From Thermosulfurimonas dismutans (GTDB lineage: Bacteria > Desulfobacterota > Thermodesulfobacteria > Thermodesulfobacteriales > Thermodesulfobacteriaceae): 32,000 bases of DNA. The translations under genes were made by a program, and so were the position numbers. Location: assembly GCF_001652585.1 (NCBI RefSeq), contig NZ_LWLG01000002.1:240001-272000 (forward strand). Direction: 5' to 3'. Shown piece by piece: positions 24,577 through 32,000 of the stretch (positions within the stretch are counted from its first letter, which is position 1; every line of letters begins with the position of its first letter). The notes beneath the pieces were generated by a model. It saw nothing but the letters and a program-made list of their open reading frames with translations, searched no databases and had not been told where the DNA came from.

Positions 24577-25377
24577 ATGGACATGTTAGGAGAAGCCTTT
24601 CAAAAACTAATTGAAATAGTGGCTCGCTTGCGCGGCCCGGAAGGTTGTCCGTGGGATCGCAAACAGACTCCTGAGAGCCTCAAAAAATACCTAGTGGAAG
24701 AGGCCTATGAGGCCTACGAGGCCATCAATTCGGGTGACCATCGTGAGGTGCGAGAAGAACTGGGCGACCTCCTTTTCCTCATCCTTATGGTGGCCTACAT
24801 TTATCAAGAAACGGGCCTTTTTACCCTCAAGGAAATGCTCACCCTTTGTGCGGAAAAGATGATCCGAAGACATCCGCACGTTTTCGGCGAGGAAAGGGCC
24901 CAGAGCGCCGAAGAGGTTCTTTCACGCTGGCAGTCCATAAAGGAGGCCGAAGCCAAGGATAAAAAAGTTGAAAGTTCGGTCCTCGGCAATCTCCCTAAAA
25001 GTCTTCCGGCCCTACAACTCGCTTTCCGACTCGGAGAACGAGCCTCCCGGGTAGGGTTCGACTGGTCCTCTGCGGAAGAGGTCCTACCGAAGCTCAAAGA
25101 AGAATGGCGAGAAATCGAAAAGGCTCTAGAGTCAGGCTCCACGGAAAAACTTGAGGAAGAAATCGGCGACTTCCTTTTTACCGTGGCCAATCTATCAAGA
25201 AAACTAGGAATCAATCCGGAAGAGGCCCTAAAAAGGAGTCTCGAAAAATTCCGCAGACGCTTTATCGCTATGGAGGAAACTTTTCGGTCTCAGGGAAAGG
25301 AGCTGCGTTCGGTTTCCCTTTCCGAAATGGATGAAGTCTGGGAAAAACTCAAACTCCATGAAAGAACCTCTAGTTGA
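24577..25377 (+). CDS. mazG: Nucleoside triphosphate pyrophosphohydrolase MazG
   Basis: CPWDRKQT and EEAYEAYEAI...ELGDLLF motifs, plus a second repeat (EEIGDFLFTVANLSRKLGINPEEAL). Tandem MazG domains. Confidence 0.9.
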   Translation: MDMLGEAFQKLIEIVARLRGPEGCPWDRKQTPESLKKYLVEEAYEAYEAINSGDHREVREELGDLLFLILMVAYIYQETGLFTLKEMLTLCAEKMIRRHPHVFGEERAQSAEEVLSRWQSIKEAEAKDKKVESSVLGNLPKSLPALQLAFRLGERASRVGFDWSSAEEVLPKLKEEWREIEKALESGSTEKLEEEIGDFLFTVANLSRKLGINPEEALKRSLEKFRRRFIAMEETFRSQGKELRSVSLSEMDEVWEKLKLHERTSS

Positions 25378-26098
25378 AGTCGAAAAGGTAACCTTTTCCT
25401 ACAACGGAGAGATCGTTCTTGAGGAAGTTAACCTCGAACTGTTTGCTGGAGACTTCTGTGCCCTGATCGGCCCCAATGGTTCCGGCAAATCCACCCTTTT
25501 GAAGATCATAGTGGGACTTCTCAAACCCCAGCAGGGGCGAGTTCGGCTCTTTGGAAAGGAGATAGAGAATTTCCACGAGTGGTGGCGGATAGGATACGTA
25601 CCCCAGAAGGTGACCTCTCTGGTAGATCCGGTTCTTCCCCTGACGGTAGCAGAAACCGTAGGACTAGGCCTTCAGGGAAAACCTAAAAGCCACGGTTTTT
25701 CCAAAAAGGAAGTCATACTTTCGGCCTTAGAGAGGGTTGGGTTGGCCGACAAAGCGGACAAACTTTTGAGAGAACTTTCAGGAGGACAGCAACAGCGGGT
25801 CTTCCTCGCTAGGGCTCTGGTGGGTCAGCCTCAAATCCTGCTGCTTGATGAGCCCACCACCGGCGTAGATTTCACGGCTCAGGAAAGGTTCTATGAGCTT
25901 TTGGGAAGACTCAATCGTGAAGGTCTTACCATCCTCATCGTAACGCATGACATTGCGGTGGTAGATCGCCACGTGAAGCAGGTGGCCTGTTTAAACCGCA
26001 AGCTTGTTTTTCATGGAAAACATGAAGACTTTTGTAAGAACCCCGAGGTCTGCGGCCTTATACCAGGCCCTCACCACCTTATAGGACATCTGCACTGA
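25358..26098 (+). CDS. Metal (Zn/Mn-type) ABC transporter ATP-binding protein
   Basis: ORF track gives 25331..26098. The ATG at 25358 gives MKEPLVEVEKVTFSY. Walker A GPNGSGKST, signature LSGGQQQRV, Walker B LLLDEP. ZnuC-like and followed by an ABC-3 permease. Confidence 0.85.
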   Translation: MKEPLVEVEKVTFSYNGEIVLEEVNLELFAGDFCALIGPNGSGKSTLLKIIVGLLKPQQGRVRLFGKEIENFHEWWRIGYVPQKVTSLVDPVLPLTVAETVGLGLQGKPKSHGFSKKEVILSALERVGLADKADKLLRELSGGQQQRVFLARALVGQPQILLLDEPTTGVDFTAQERFYELLGRLNREGLTILIVTHDIAVVDRHVKQVACLNRKLVFHGKHEDFCKNPEVCGLIPGPHHLIGHLH

Positions 26099-26868
26099 TG
26101 GACATTTTATATTACGGCTTTTTTTGGAAGGCCTTACTCGCGGGAGTGGCCTTTGGTCTTTCAGCCGCCCCCACCGGTCTCTTTCTGATTATAAGGCGTG
26201 ATAGTCTCCTACCCCATGCCCTAACCCACGTAGCCTTTACCGGAGTAGCCTTAGGCCTTCTTCTTAAAGGAACTCCTCTTTTACTGGCCTTGATAGTAAC
26301 GGTCCTTTCTGCCTTCCTAGTGATGGAAATACGGGAAAGATCCGGAGTTTACGAAGATACTGCAGTCGGGATTCTCGCCAGTTTGGGACTGGCACTGGCC
26401 ATTGTCTTGGCCTCTCTGGCCAAAAGTTACGACGTGAGGCTCCTTACCTATCTTTTTGGCAACATTCTGGTCTTAAACGAAAAAGAGGCCCTGCTTTCGG
26501 GAGCGATTTTTATTCTTGTTCTGGTGGTGCTTTTTAAACTCGGAGAGGCCTTGTTCTTTATTTCCTTCGATGAGGAGTCTGCCCGCACCAGCGGACTTCC
26601 GGTAAAACGCCTGAAACTCCTGCTCTCAGCCCTTACCGCCGTGCTGGTGGTTCTTGGAATGAAGATGGTAGGCCTCCTCCTAGTCTCGGCCCTTATGGTC
26701 ATCCCCGGGGCCTCGGCTTTAGAGGTGGCCAGAAGTCTCAAGCAGAGTTTTTTCCTTTCGGCCGTTTTCGGAGGGCTCTCGGTAGCGGGGGGCTTATGGT
26801 CTCCGTCTCCTTCAATCTGCCTCCTTCCGGGGCCATTGTCCTCTTCTCTGGGGGACTTTTCTTTTTGA
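26098..26868 (+). CDS. Metal ABC transporter permease (ABC-3 / ZnuB family), apparently frame-disrupted near the 3' end
   Basis: ABC-3-like hydrophobic profile. After the G6 run at 26787-26792 the track frame gives an atypical tail (WSPSPSICLLPGPLSSSLGDFSF). The +2 frame reads LMVSVSFNLPPSGAIVLFSGGLFFLSLFLKRLK to TAA at 26892-26894, which matches the expected ZnuB C-terminus. Confidence 0.8.
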   Translation: MDILYYGFFWKALLAGVAFGLSAAPTGLFLIIRRDSLLPHALTHVAFTGVALGLLLKGTPLLLALIVTVLSAFLVMEIRERSGVYEDTAVGILASLGLALAIVLASLAKSYDVRLLTYLFGNILVLNEKEALLSGAIFILVLVVLFKLGEALFFISFDEESARTSGLPVKRLKLLLSALTAVLVVLGMKMVGLLLVSALMVIPGASALEVARSLKQSFFLSAVFGGLSVAGGLWSPSPSICLLPGPLSSSLGDFSF

Positions 26869-26900
26869 GTCTTTTCCTGAAACGGTTAAAATAAAGTCCT

Positions 26901-27656
26901 ATGAAACTGGTGGACACCCATGCCCATTTAAACCTCCCGGGATACGACGACCTCGAAGAGGTTATTTTGCGGGCCAAAGAAGCTGGGGTGACAAGAATAG
27001 TGGTGGTGGGTATAGATCTCAAGACCTCCAGAGAGGCCCTTGAACTTTCCGAACGCTTTCCCGGCTACATATTCGCCACCGCCGGCATCCATCCCCATGA
27101 AGTAAAGAAATTAGAAGATCGGGACTACGAGGAGCTGAAGAACTTACTAAAAAAGGCCGTAGCCTTGGGTGAGATCGGTCTCGATTTCGCCAAAGAATAC
27201 TCTCCCCGGAAACAACAATTCGAACATCTGGAAAGGCAACTTGCCATAGCCAAAGAATTAGATTTGCCGGTCGTTCTACACGTAAGGGAGGCTTACCGAG
27301 AGATCTTCCCGGTACTCAAAAAATACTTGCCTCTAAAGGCCGTTTTTCATTGTTTTGCCGGAGGCATCGAGGAAGCTCGTCAGGCGCTTGATCTCGGACT
27401 TTATATCTCTGTTACCGGCATTGTGACCTTTCCCAAAGGGGATAATATCCGCGAGGTGGTCCGCTACGCCCCCCTTGAAAGTCTCATGCTTGAGACCGAC
27501 TGCCCCTTTCTCACCCCCGTACCTTATCGGGGGAAACGCAACGAGCCGGCCTATGTGCAGCTTGTGGCTGAAAAGGTGGCCGAAGTAAAAGGCCTAGAGG
27601 TTGAAGAATGCGCCCGGGTGACCACCGAGACCGCCCGTGCCTTTTTCGGAATCTAG
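26901..27656 (+). CDS. tatD: TatD family metal-dependent hydrolase/DNase
   Basis: LVDTHAHL, GEIGLD, HVREA, FHCF and ETDCPFL motifs. Confidence 0.9.
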   Translation: MKLVDTHAHLNLPGYDDLEEVILRAKEAGVTRIVVVGIDLKTSREALELSERFPGYIFATAGIHPHEVKKLEDRDYEELKNLLKKAVALGEIGLDFAKEYSPRKQQFEHLERQLAIAKELDLPVVLHVREAYREIFPVLKKYLPLKAVFHCFAGGIEEARQALDLGLYISVTGIVTFPKGDNIREVVRYAPLESLMLETDCPFLTPVPYRGKRNEPAYVQLVAEKVAEVKGLEVEECARVTTETARAFFGI

Positions 27657-28231
27657 TCCCCCTGGTTCTGGCCTCCGCCAGTCCCCGAAGGCGGGAACTG
27701 CTCTCCCTCCTTGGGCTCGAATTTGAGGTCTTTCCTGCCGAGATTGAAGAGACCATATCTCCTGGAAAGCCTCCGGAAGAAATCGTGAAGGAACTGGCCC
27801 ACAGGAAAGCTCTGACAGTGGCCAGACGATTTCCTGAAGCCGCAATCATCGCTGCCGACACCCTGGTGGTCAAAGGGAAATACCTCTTGGGGAAACCTAA
27901 AGATCTGGAAGAAGCTCGACAGATGCTTACCTCCCTTTCCAGAGCCTGGCATCAAGTCCTTACTGGGGTCTGCATCATTTATAAAAAAAAGGAAAGCATC
28001 TTTTTTACCGAAACCAAAGTCAAATTTCGCGAACTTTCCCCAGAAGAAATCGAAGCCTATCTCGCCACCGGGGAACCTTTGGACAAGGCCGGAGCTTACG
28101 CTATCCAAGGCCTAGCCTCGGCCTTCGTAGAAAAAGTTGAGGGCTCTGTCACCGGAGTAGTAGGACTCCCCCTTTCCGAAACCGTAGAAGTCCTTTTAAA
28201 ATTGAACTTGATAACCCCGGTAAAGGACTGA
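27608..28231 (+). CDS. maf: Maf-like nucleoside triphosphate pyrophosphatase (septum formation protein Maf)
   Basis: [18 protein letters not shown] and KAGAYAIQG motifs. The only canonical start (ATG at 27608) overlaps tatD by 49 nt and adds ~16 aa ahead of the usual N-terminus, so the true start is uncertain. Confidence 0.88.
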   Translation: MRPGDHRDRPCLFRNLVPLVLASASPRRRELLSLLGLEFEVFPAEIEETISPGKPPEEIVKELAHRKALTVARRFPEAAIIAADTLVVKGKYLLGKPKDLEEARQMLTSLSRAWHQVLTGVCIIYKKKESIFFTETKVKFRELSPEEIEAYLATGEPLDKAGAYAIQGLASAFVEKVEGSVTGVVGLPLSETVEVLLKLNLITPVKD

Positions 28232-28236
28232 GAGAA

Positions 28237-28650
28237 ATGAAATCCGGTAAAAAAGGCCTTATGGCCGAAATCAACGTCACCCCTCTGGTGGATGTCATGC
28301 TGGTGCTTCTCATTATCTTTATGATTACCGCTCCCCTTCTTACCACCGGCATTCAGGTTGACCTTCCGGAAACTAGGGCCGGAGAGCTCAAGAAAAGCGA
28401 AAAACCCTTCGTGATCACCATCACGAAGGAAGGAAAGATCATCGTGGGTCAACAGAGTCTCTCTTTAGATAGGCTCTCACGTTGGCTGGCCGAAGCCAAA
28501 CGGGTCGGTATTGTTAAGGATGTCCAGATTCAGGCCGACAAACAGGTACCTTACGGTTTGATAGCCAAAGTCTTGGGAGAACTTGAAGCCGCGGGTATTA
28601 CTGAAATCGGTCTGATGACCAAGCCCGTTTCAGGAAATGAAAAGCTTTAA
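28237..28650 (+). CDS. ExbD/TolR family biopolymer transport protein
   Basis: [23 protein letters not shown] transmembrane motif and a periplasmic domain of typical length (137 aa). Confidence 0.85.
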   Translation: MKSGKKGLMAEINVTPLVDVMLVLLIIFMITAPLLTTGIQVDLPETRAGELKKSEKPFVITITKEGKIIVGQQSLSLDRLSRWLAEAKRVGIVKDVQIQADKQVPYGLIAKVLGELEAAGITEIGLMTKPVSGNEKL

Positions 28651-29419
28651 GAGAGCCCTCTTAATAAGTTTGATTATTCATGTCTTTCTCCTAGGGCTCT
28701 TCAGCCTCCAATTTCCAGAAAGAAAAAAACCTTCCCTGGTCAAGGTCAGATTAGTTTCGGTTTCTCGGGCAAGTCTCCATACCTCTACTTCTTCGTCTTC
28801 TCCTGCAAGGTCAACTAAAAAAAAGCAAATCAAAACCCATAGCCTACCTAAAAGGCGGACTTCAAAACCCAAAAAGAAAAAAAGCCGCTCTCAGCCCAAA
28901 CACCGTAAAGCGGTCTCCTCAAAGCCCAGACCTTCCCGAGGCAAAAATAAACTATCAAAAGCTAAAAAAGCCTCTCAAACCAAGAAAACCTCGTCTCCAC
29001 CCCAACCGGAGGTCACACCTCAAGAAGAAAGTCTACTTGAAGAACGGCTAGCCGCGCTTCAATTGCGCAAAAGGTTGGAAAATCTTAAGAAAGAAGTAGC
29101 CTCCAAAGAAAAAGAGGTAAAAGGAACCGAGGCACAAAGTTTTCCCCCCCAGGATTATATAGATCTTGTCAAAGCACATCTCGATAGGTTCTTTGAGGTC
29201 CCCTTGACCCTTAAGTCTCAAAAAAACCTTGCGGCCACCGTGGAGATCCGACTCAAACCAGACGGCAAGCTCCTTTCTTATCGGCTGCTCAAATCTTCTG
29301 GCAACCTCTTGCTGGATCGCATGGTCGAAGCCGCTGTGCGCGCTGCCGATCCTTACCCTCCCCCCGGAAGGCCTATAACCATCAAAGCCATCTTTACGCC
29401 GGAAGGGCTTAATTTTTAA
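28637..29419 (+). CDS. TolA/TonB-like energy-transducing envelope protein
   Basis: N-terminal anchor ALLISLIIHVFLLGLF and a long Lys/Ser/Pro-rich linker. The C-terminal domain (...VEIRLKPDGKLLSYRLLKSSGNLLLDRMVEAAVRAADPYPPPP-like) resembles TolA/TonB C-terminal domains. Overlaps the tolR-like gene by 14 nt. Confidence 0.65.
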   Translation: MKSFKRALLISLIIHVFLLGLFSLQFPERKKPSLVKVRLVSVSRASLHTSTSSSSPARSTKKKQIKTHSLPKRRTSKPKKKKSRSQPKHRKAVSSKPRPSRGKNKLSKAKKASQTKKTSSPPQPEVTPQEESLLEERLAALQLRKRLENLKKEVASKEKEVKGTEAQSFPPQDYIDLVKAHLDRFFEVPLTLKSQKNLAATVEIRLKPDGKLLSYRLLKSSGNLLLDRMVEAAVRAADPYPPPGRPITIKAIFTPEGLNF

Positions 29420-29449
29420 AGTTGTTTGGGAAACTTAAAAAGTAACTAC

Positions 29450-29478
29450 TTGACAATCCCTTGAAAAGCCCCTTAATT
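29450..29478 (+). promoter_or_regulatory. Sigma-70-type promoter candidate ahead of the small Cys-rich ORF and czc-type genes
   Basis: Perfect TTGACA (29450-29455), a 17-nt spacer, then TTAATT (29473-29478; 3 of 6 matches to TATAAT). It ends 11 nt before the ATG at 29490, implying a very short or absent leader. Confidence 0.3.
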
Positions 29479-29489
29479 AAATTTTAACT

Positions 29490-29831
29490 ATGAAGATCTA
29501 TTTAAAAAACAAAGTCTGGATACTTTTGTTTTTGCTAGCCTGGACCTGGTGGATAGGCGGAGGGCCGGCCTATTGTTTTTCTCCAGGTCAAAAGATAGAG
29601 ATTGAAAACCTTTTAACAGGTTGCCAGTGTGCCCCGACCTGTATCAAAGTAGAAGAATCCAAATCCCTTTCAGAGGTCGCACGCCGAAATCTGAAGCCTT
29701 CTTTTGAAGTAGTCTCTCTAGAGACCTGCCAGGAACCCCAAGGGAGCAACCTGTTTTTCACCCGTTTCTATGAAGTCTCCAAAAGCTTTAAAAAACCTAA
29801 CCCACTACTTTACGTAAAACTCCTCTTTTAA
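29490..29831 (+). CDS. Hypothetical small exported/membrane-anchored Cys-rich protein
   Basis: 113-aa ORF with an N-terminal hydrophobic segment VWILLFLLAWTWWIGG and Cys at positions 29, 45, 47, 51 and 80 (CQCAPTC). No SD sequence. AT-rich relative to neighbours, so coding status is uncertain. Confidence 0.3.
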   Translation: MKIYLKNKVWILLFLLAWTWWIGGGPAYCFSPGQKIEIENLLTGCQCAPTCIKVEESKSLSEVARRNLKPSFEVVSLETCQEPQGSNLFFTRFYEVSKSFKKPNPLLYVKLLF

Positions 29832-29897
29832 CCTACCAATTTTCTCCTATTATTTCCCCCTTTCTTTTACCAACTTTAAAGAAGGAGGTTTTTTAAA

Positions 29898-31151
29898 ATG
29901 AAATCAAGGATTCTTATATCTATAATTGCACTTTTTTTTGTCTTAACAGCTTTTGAAAGCCAAGGGCAGACAAATAAAAAAGAAGTTTCTTTTGAGGAAG
30001 TCTTTTCTAAAGTAATAAATCGGCATCCCCTGTTAAAAACCTTTGAGGAAAAACGAAAGGCCGTACGCTTTAGAGCCTACCAGGCCGGACTCCTGCCCAA
30101 TCCCGAGCTGGATCTCTCGGTAGAAGATGTCTTCGGTTCGGGAGACTTCGGAGGGAGCAAGTCCTCGGAGACCACCCTCATTTTCTCCCAAACGGTGCCC
30201 CTTTTCGGGAAGACCAAGAAAAGGCGGGAAACAGTTCTATTTCAGGAAAAGGTGATCGCCTGCGATGAAGCACTAACCAAACTGGAACTCTTTCGACAAA
30301 CGGCCCGGATCTTTACCGAGGCCCTTTATGCCCAGAAAAAGGTGAAACTTTACCGAGAACTGGCTCTCCTTTCCGAAAGGCTGGTAGCGGTAGCCGAAGC
30401 CAAATTACAGGCCGGAAAGATCCCGGAAACCGAAAAGATAAGGGCCGAAATCGTGGCCTCGGAAACCGAGATGAGGCTTGCTAATGCCCGGCGGGAATAC
30501 CAGACAGCCTTAAGACAGCTGGCAAACCTCTGGGGAGAGACCAAGCCCGTAGAATTTTCGCTTCGGGGAGAATTGCTAAAGATCTATCTCTCTCCCCGGA
30601 AGATCAAGACCGGTGTAGAGAAGCACCCTGCCCTCCTCCGGCTAAAAAACGAAATCTCGCAACTGGAAAAAAGGTTAGAGCTTGCCAAGGCGGAGGCTCT
30701 TCCGGACGTAACCTTATCGGCCGGGGTGCGATGGTACAACGAAAGCGACGAAAGGGCCTACCTTTTCGGGATCGCCGTACCTCTTCCGGTCTTCAACCGC
30801 AATAAGGGCGAGATAGAAGCCCTGGCCAGGGAGATAACCGAGATCCGTCTGAAGATAAAGAGCCAAAAGCTTTCCCTTGAAAGGGATCTAGAGGCTGTTT
30901 TGGGGCGCCTTCGCATGGTCTTAAAGGAGATTCGAACCTTGGAAGATAGTCTCCTTCCACGGGCCGAAGAGATCTACCGTCGAAATCTAGAGGGCTATCG
31001 TTACGGAAAGATGGAATTTTTACGGGTACTCGATGCCCAACGGACCCTCTTTGAGCTCCACTTGGGACTGCTCGAGGCCTACCAGAGGTATCACCTTTTA
31101 CGGGCAGAAGCCCTCTATCTCGTAGGTCGCCCGGAAAAAAATTTCTTCTAA
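29898..31151 (+). CDS. TolC-family outer membrane efflux protein (CzcC-type heavy-metal efflux OMF)
   Basis: Signal peptide, and two repeats of coiled-coil/beta-barrel OEP-type sequence. Resembles CzcC-like proteins (HPLLKTFEEKRKA..., LLPNPELDLS). AAGGAGG SD. Followed by a membrane-fusion protein gene. Confidence 0.8.
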   Translation: MKSRILISIIALFFVLTAFESQGQTNKKEVSFEEVFSKVINRHPLLKTFEEKRKAVRFRAYQAGLLPNPELDLSVEDVFGSGDFGGSKSSETTLIFSQTVPLFGKTKKRRETVLFQEKVIACDEALTKLELFRQTARIFTEALYAQKKVKLYRELALLSERLVAVAEAKLQAGKIPETEKIRAEIVASETEMRLANARREYQTALRQLANLWGETKPVEFSLRGELLKIYLSPRKIKTGVEKHPALLRLKNEISQLEKRLELAKAEALPDVTLSAGVRWYNESDERAYLFGIAVPLPVFNRNKGEIEALAREITEIRLKIKSQKLSLERDLEAVLGRLRMVLKEIRTLEDSLLPRAEEIYRRNLEGYRYGKMEFLRVLDAQRTLFELHLGLLEAYQRYHLLRAEALYLVGRPEKNFF

Positions 31152-31163
31152 GGAGGTTCAAAA

Positions 31164-32000
31164 ATGATAGCTAAAATCCTGGGAATAGTACTTCTTTTAT
31201 TGGGATTTTTGGTTTTGCCAGTTTTAGGTAAAACCCCGAAAGATGATCATAGTCACGAAGACGAAAAGGTCATAAAACTCTCCGAGAAAATTATTAGGGA
31301 ATTCGGTATTCACATAGAAAAGGCCACCCTTAGGGTTTTTCCCCGGATAGTTGAACTGCCAGGGGAAATAACCGCAGATCCAGATCGTGAGGTACATGTC
31401 GTTCCCGTAGCACGGGGATTCGTAAGAGAGGTCTATAAGCGCTGGGGGGATAGAGTTTGCGCCGGAGAGGTGCTAGCCGTCATAGATAGCCCGGAGCTTG
31501 CGGATCTTAAAGCCAGTTACCTTGCGGCCAAGGCCCGACTCCGCCTGGCCGAAGAACTTTACCGGCGGGAGGAGCTTCTATGGAAAAAGAAGATCACTGC
31601 GGGAGAGAGCTTTCTTAAAGCCAAGAAGGACCTGGAGTTAGCCAGGATCGAGGTCAAGACTCTGGAGCAGAAACTACTCACTCTGGGTTTTTCGCCGGAG
31701 GAAATCAAGGAGTTTGAAAGCGGACGCAGGCCCCTTGGCCGCTATGAACTCCGCTCTCCCATCTCTGGCCTAGTGGTGGAAAAACACCTGGTCCGCGGGG
31801 AGATGGTAGGCCCGGATCGACTGGCCTTCCAGATTGCAGACCTCTCGGTGGTCTGGGTCCTGATCTCCGTTTACCGGGAATGGCTACCTTATGTGGGCGA
31901 AGGTCAGCGGGTATGGCTTGTTATCGGAGAGAAGTTCCCGGAAATCGAAGCCCGAATAGACTATCTCAACCCCATATTGGACCCGGACACCCGCTCCGCC
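31164..32000 (+). CDS. Efflux RND transporter periplasmic adaptor (membrane-fusion protein, CzcB/CusB-like), 5' part; runs off the window
   Basis: My own translation, in frame to the window end (279 codons). MIAKILGIVLLLLGFLVLPVLG signal/anchor, His/Asp/Glu-rich DDHSHEDE stretch, and biotinyl-lipoyl-like and coiled-coil hairpin segments (VLAVIDSPELADLKASYLAAKARL...). AGGAGG SD at 31151-31156. Confidence 0.8.
   Translation, partial: MIAKILGIVLLLLGFLVLPVLGKTPKDDHSHEDEKVIKLSEKIIREFGIHIEKATLRVFPRIVELPGEITADPDREVHVVPVARGFVREVYKRWGDRVCAGEVLAVIDSPELADLKASYLAAKARLRLAEELYRREELLWKKKITAGESFLKAKKDLELARIEVKTLEQKLLTLGFSPEEIKEFESGRRPLGRYELRSPISGLVVEKHLVRGEMVGPDRLAFQIADLSVVWVLISVYREWLPYVGEGQRVWLVIGEKFPEIEARIDYLNPILDPDTRSA

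Noticed and set aside
25054-25065. tRNA T-arm-like GGGTTCGACTGG
   Set aside because: It sits inside the mazG reading frame, and no acceptor, D or anticodon stems can be drawn around it. I found no tRNA genes in the window.
27608-27656. The 49-nt tatD/maf overlap as a possible second frameshift or gene fusion
   Set aside because: The TatD C-terminus and the Maf core ([14 protein letters not shown]) both look complete in their own frames. The overlap is explained by the lack of a closer canonical start codon, so this is a start-site ambiguity rather than a frame disruption.
1-32000. Mobile elements, prophage, CRISPR arrays, toxin-antitoxin or known defence-system genes
   Set aside because: I recognised no transposase, integrase, recombinase, Cas or phage structural genes, and no nuclease-ATPase defence pairs. 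There are no arrays of direct repeats. The only compositional island is the short AT-rich stretch at 29420-29897, which has no flanking repeats.

Overview
This is a gene-dense chromosomal window with about 40 protein-coding genes. I saw no rRNA or tRNA genes, CRISPR arrays, transposases, integrases or terminal inverted repeats. The proteins are rich in Glu, Lys and Arg, and neighbouring genes often abut or overlap by 1-14 nt (ATGA and TGATG junctions). Together with a bifunctional FBP aldolase/phosphatase, this suggests a compact genome from a thermophilic, deep-branching bacterium, possibly Thermodesulfobacteriota- or Aquificota-like; that is inference only. Gene content, in order:
- yceD-rpmF-plsX-fabH
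- an RsuA-type pseudouridine synthase
- a ParB/Srx-like gene coupled to a long Memo-family gene
- flgM with a sigma-28-type promoter and an unlisted 59-aa upstream ORF
- a divergent two-subunit biotin carboxylase
- marC, an Acs-family CoA ligase and an amphi-Trp protein
- a long minus-strand operon: DUF2148-like, EamA, PolX, acylphosphatase, M20 peptidase, ComF and a CN-hydrolase/RfaE-II fusion
- MFS and HD genes, and a stand-alone FlhB-C-terminal-like gene
- fbp, cysS, cvpA, mazG, znuC/znuB-like, tatD, maf and tolR/tolA-like
- the start of a czcC/czcB-type metal efflux operon

Most of this is ordinary housekeeping, and I found no clear defence or mobile island. The best candidate for something undescribed is the coupled ParB/Srx-like plus Memo pair, in which the Memo enzyme carries an extra N-terminal domain that looks like a PqqD/RRE peptide-binding module. 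Other notable items:
- the nitrilase-superfamily/heptose-adenylyltransferase-like fusion
- the motif-divergent carboxylase (pyruvate versus 2-oxoglutarate carboxylase question)
- a frame break at a G6 tract in the ABC-3 permease
- a Cys-rich ORF without a Shine-Dalgarno (SD) sequence ahead of the czc-type genes

All family calls come from motif recognition by eye and need profile searches to confirm.
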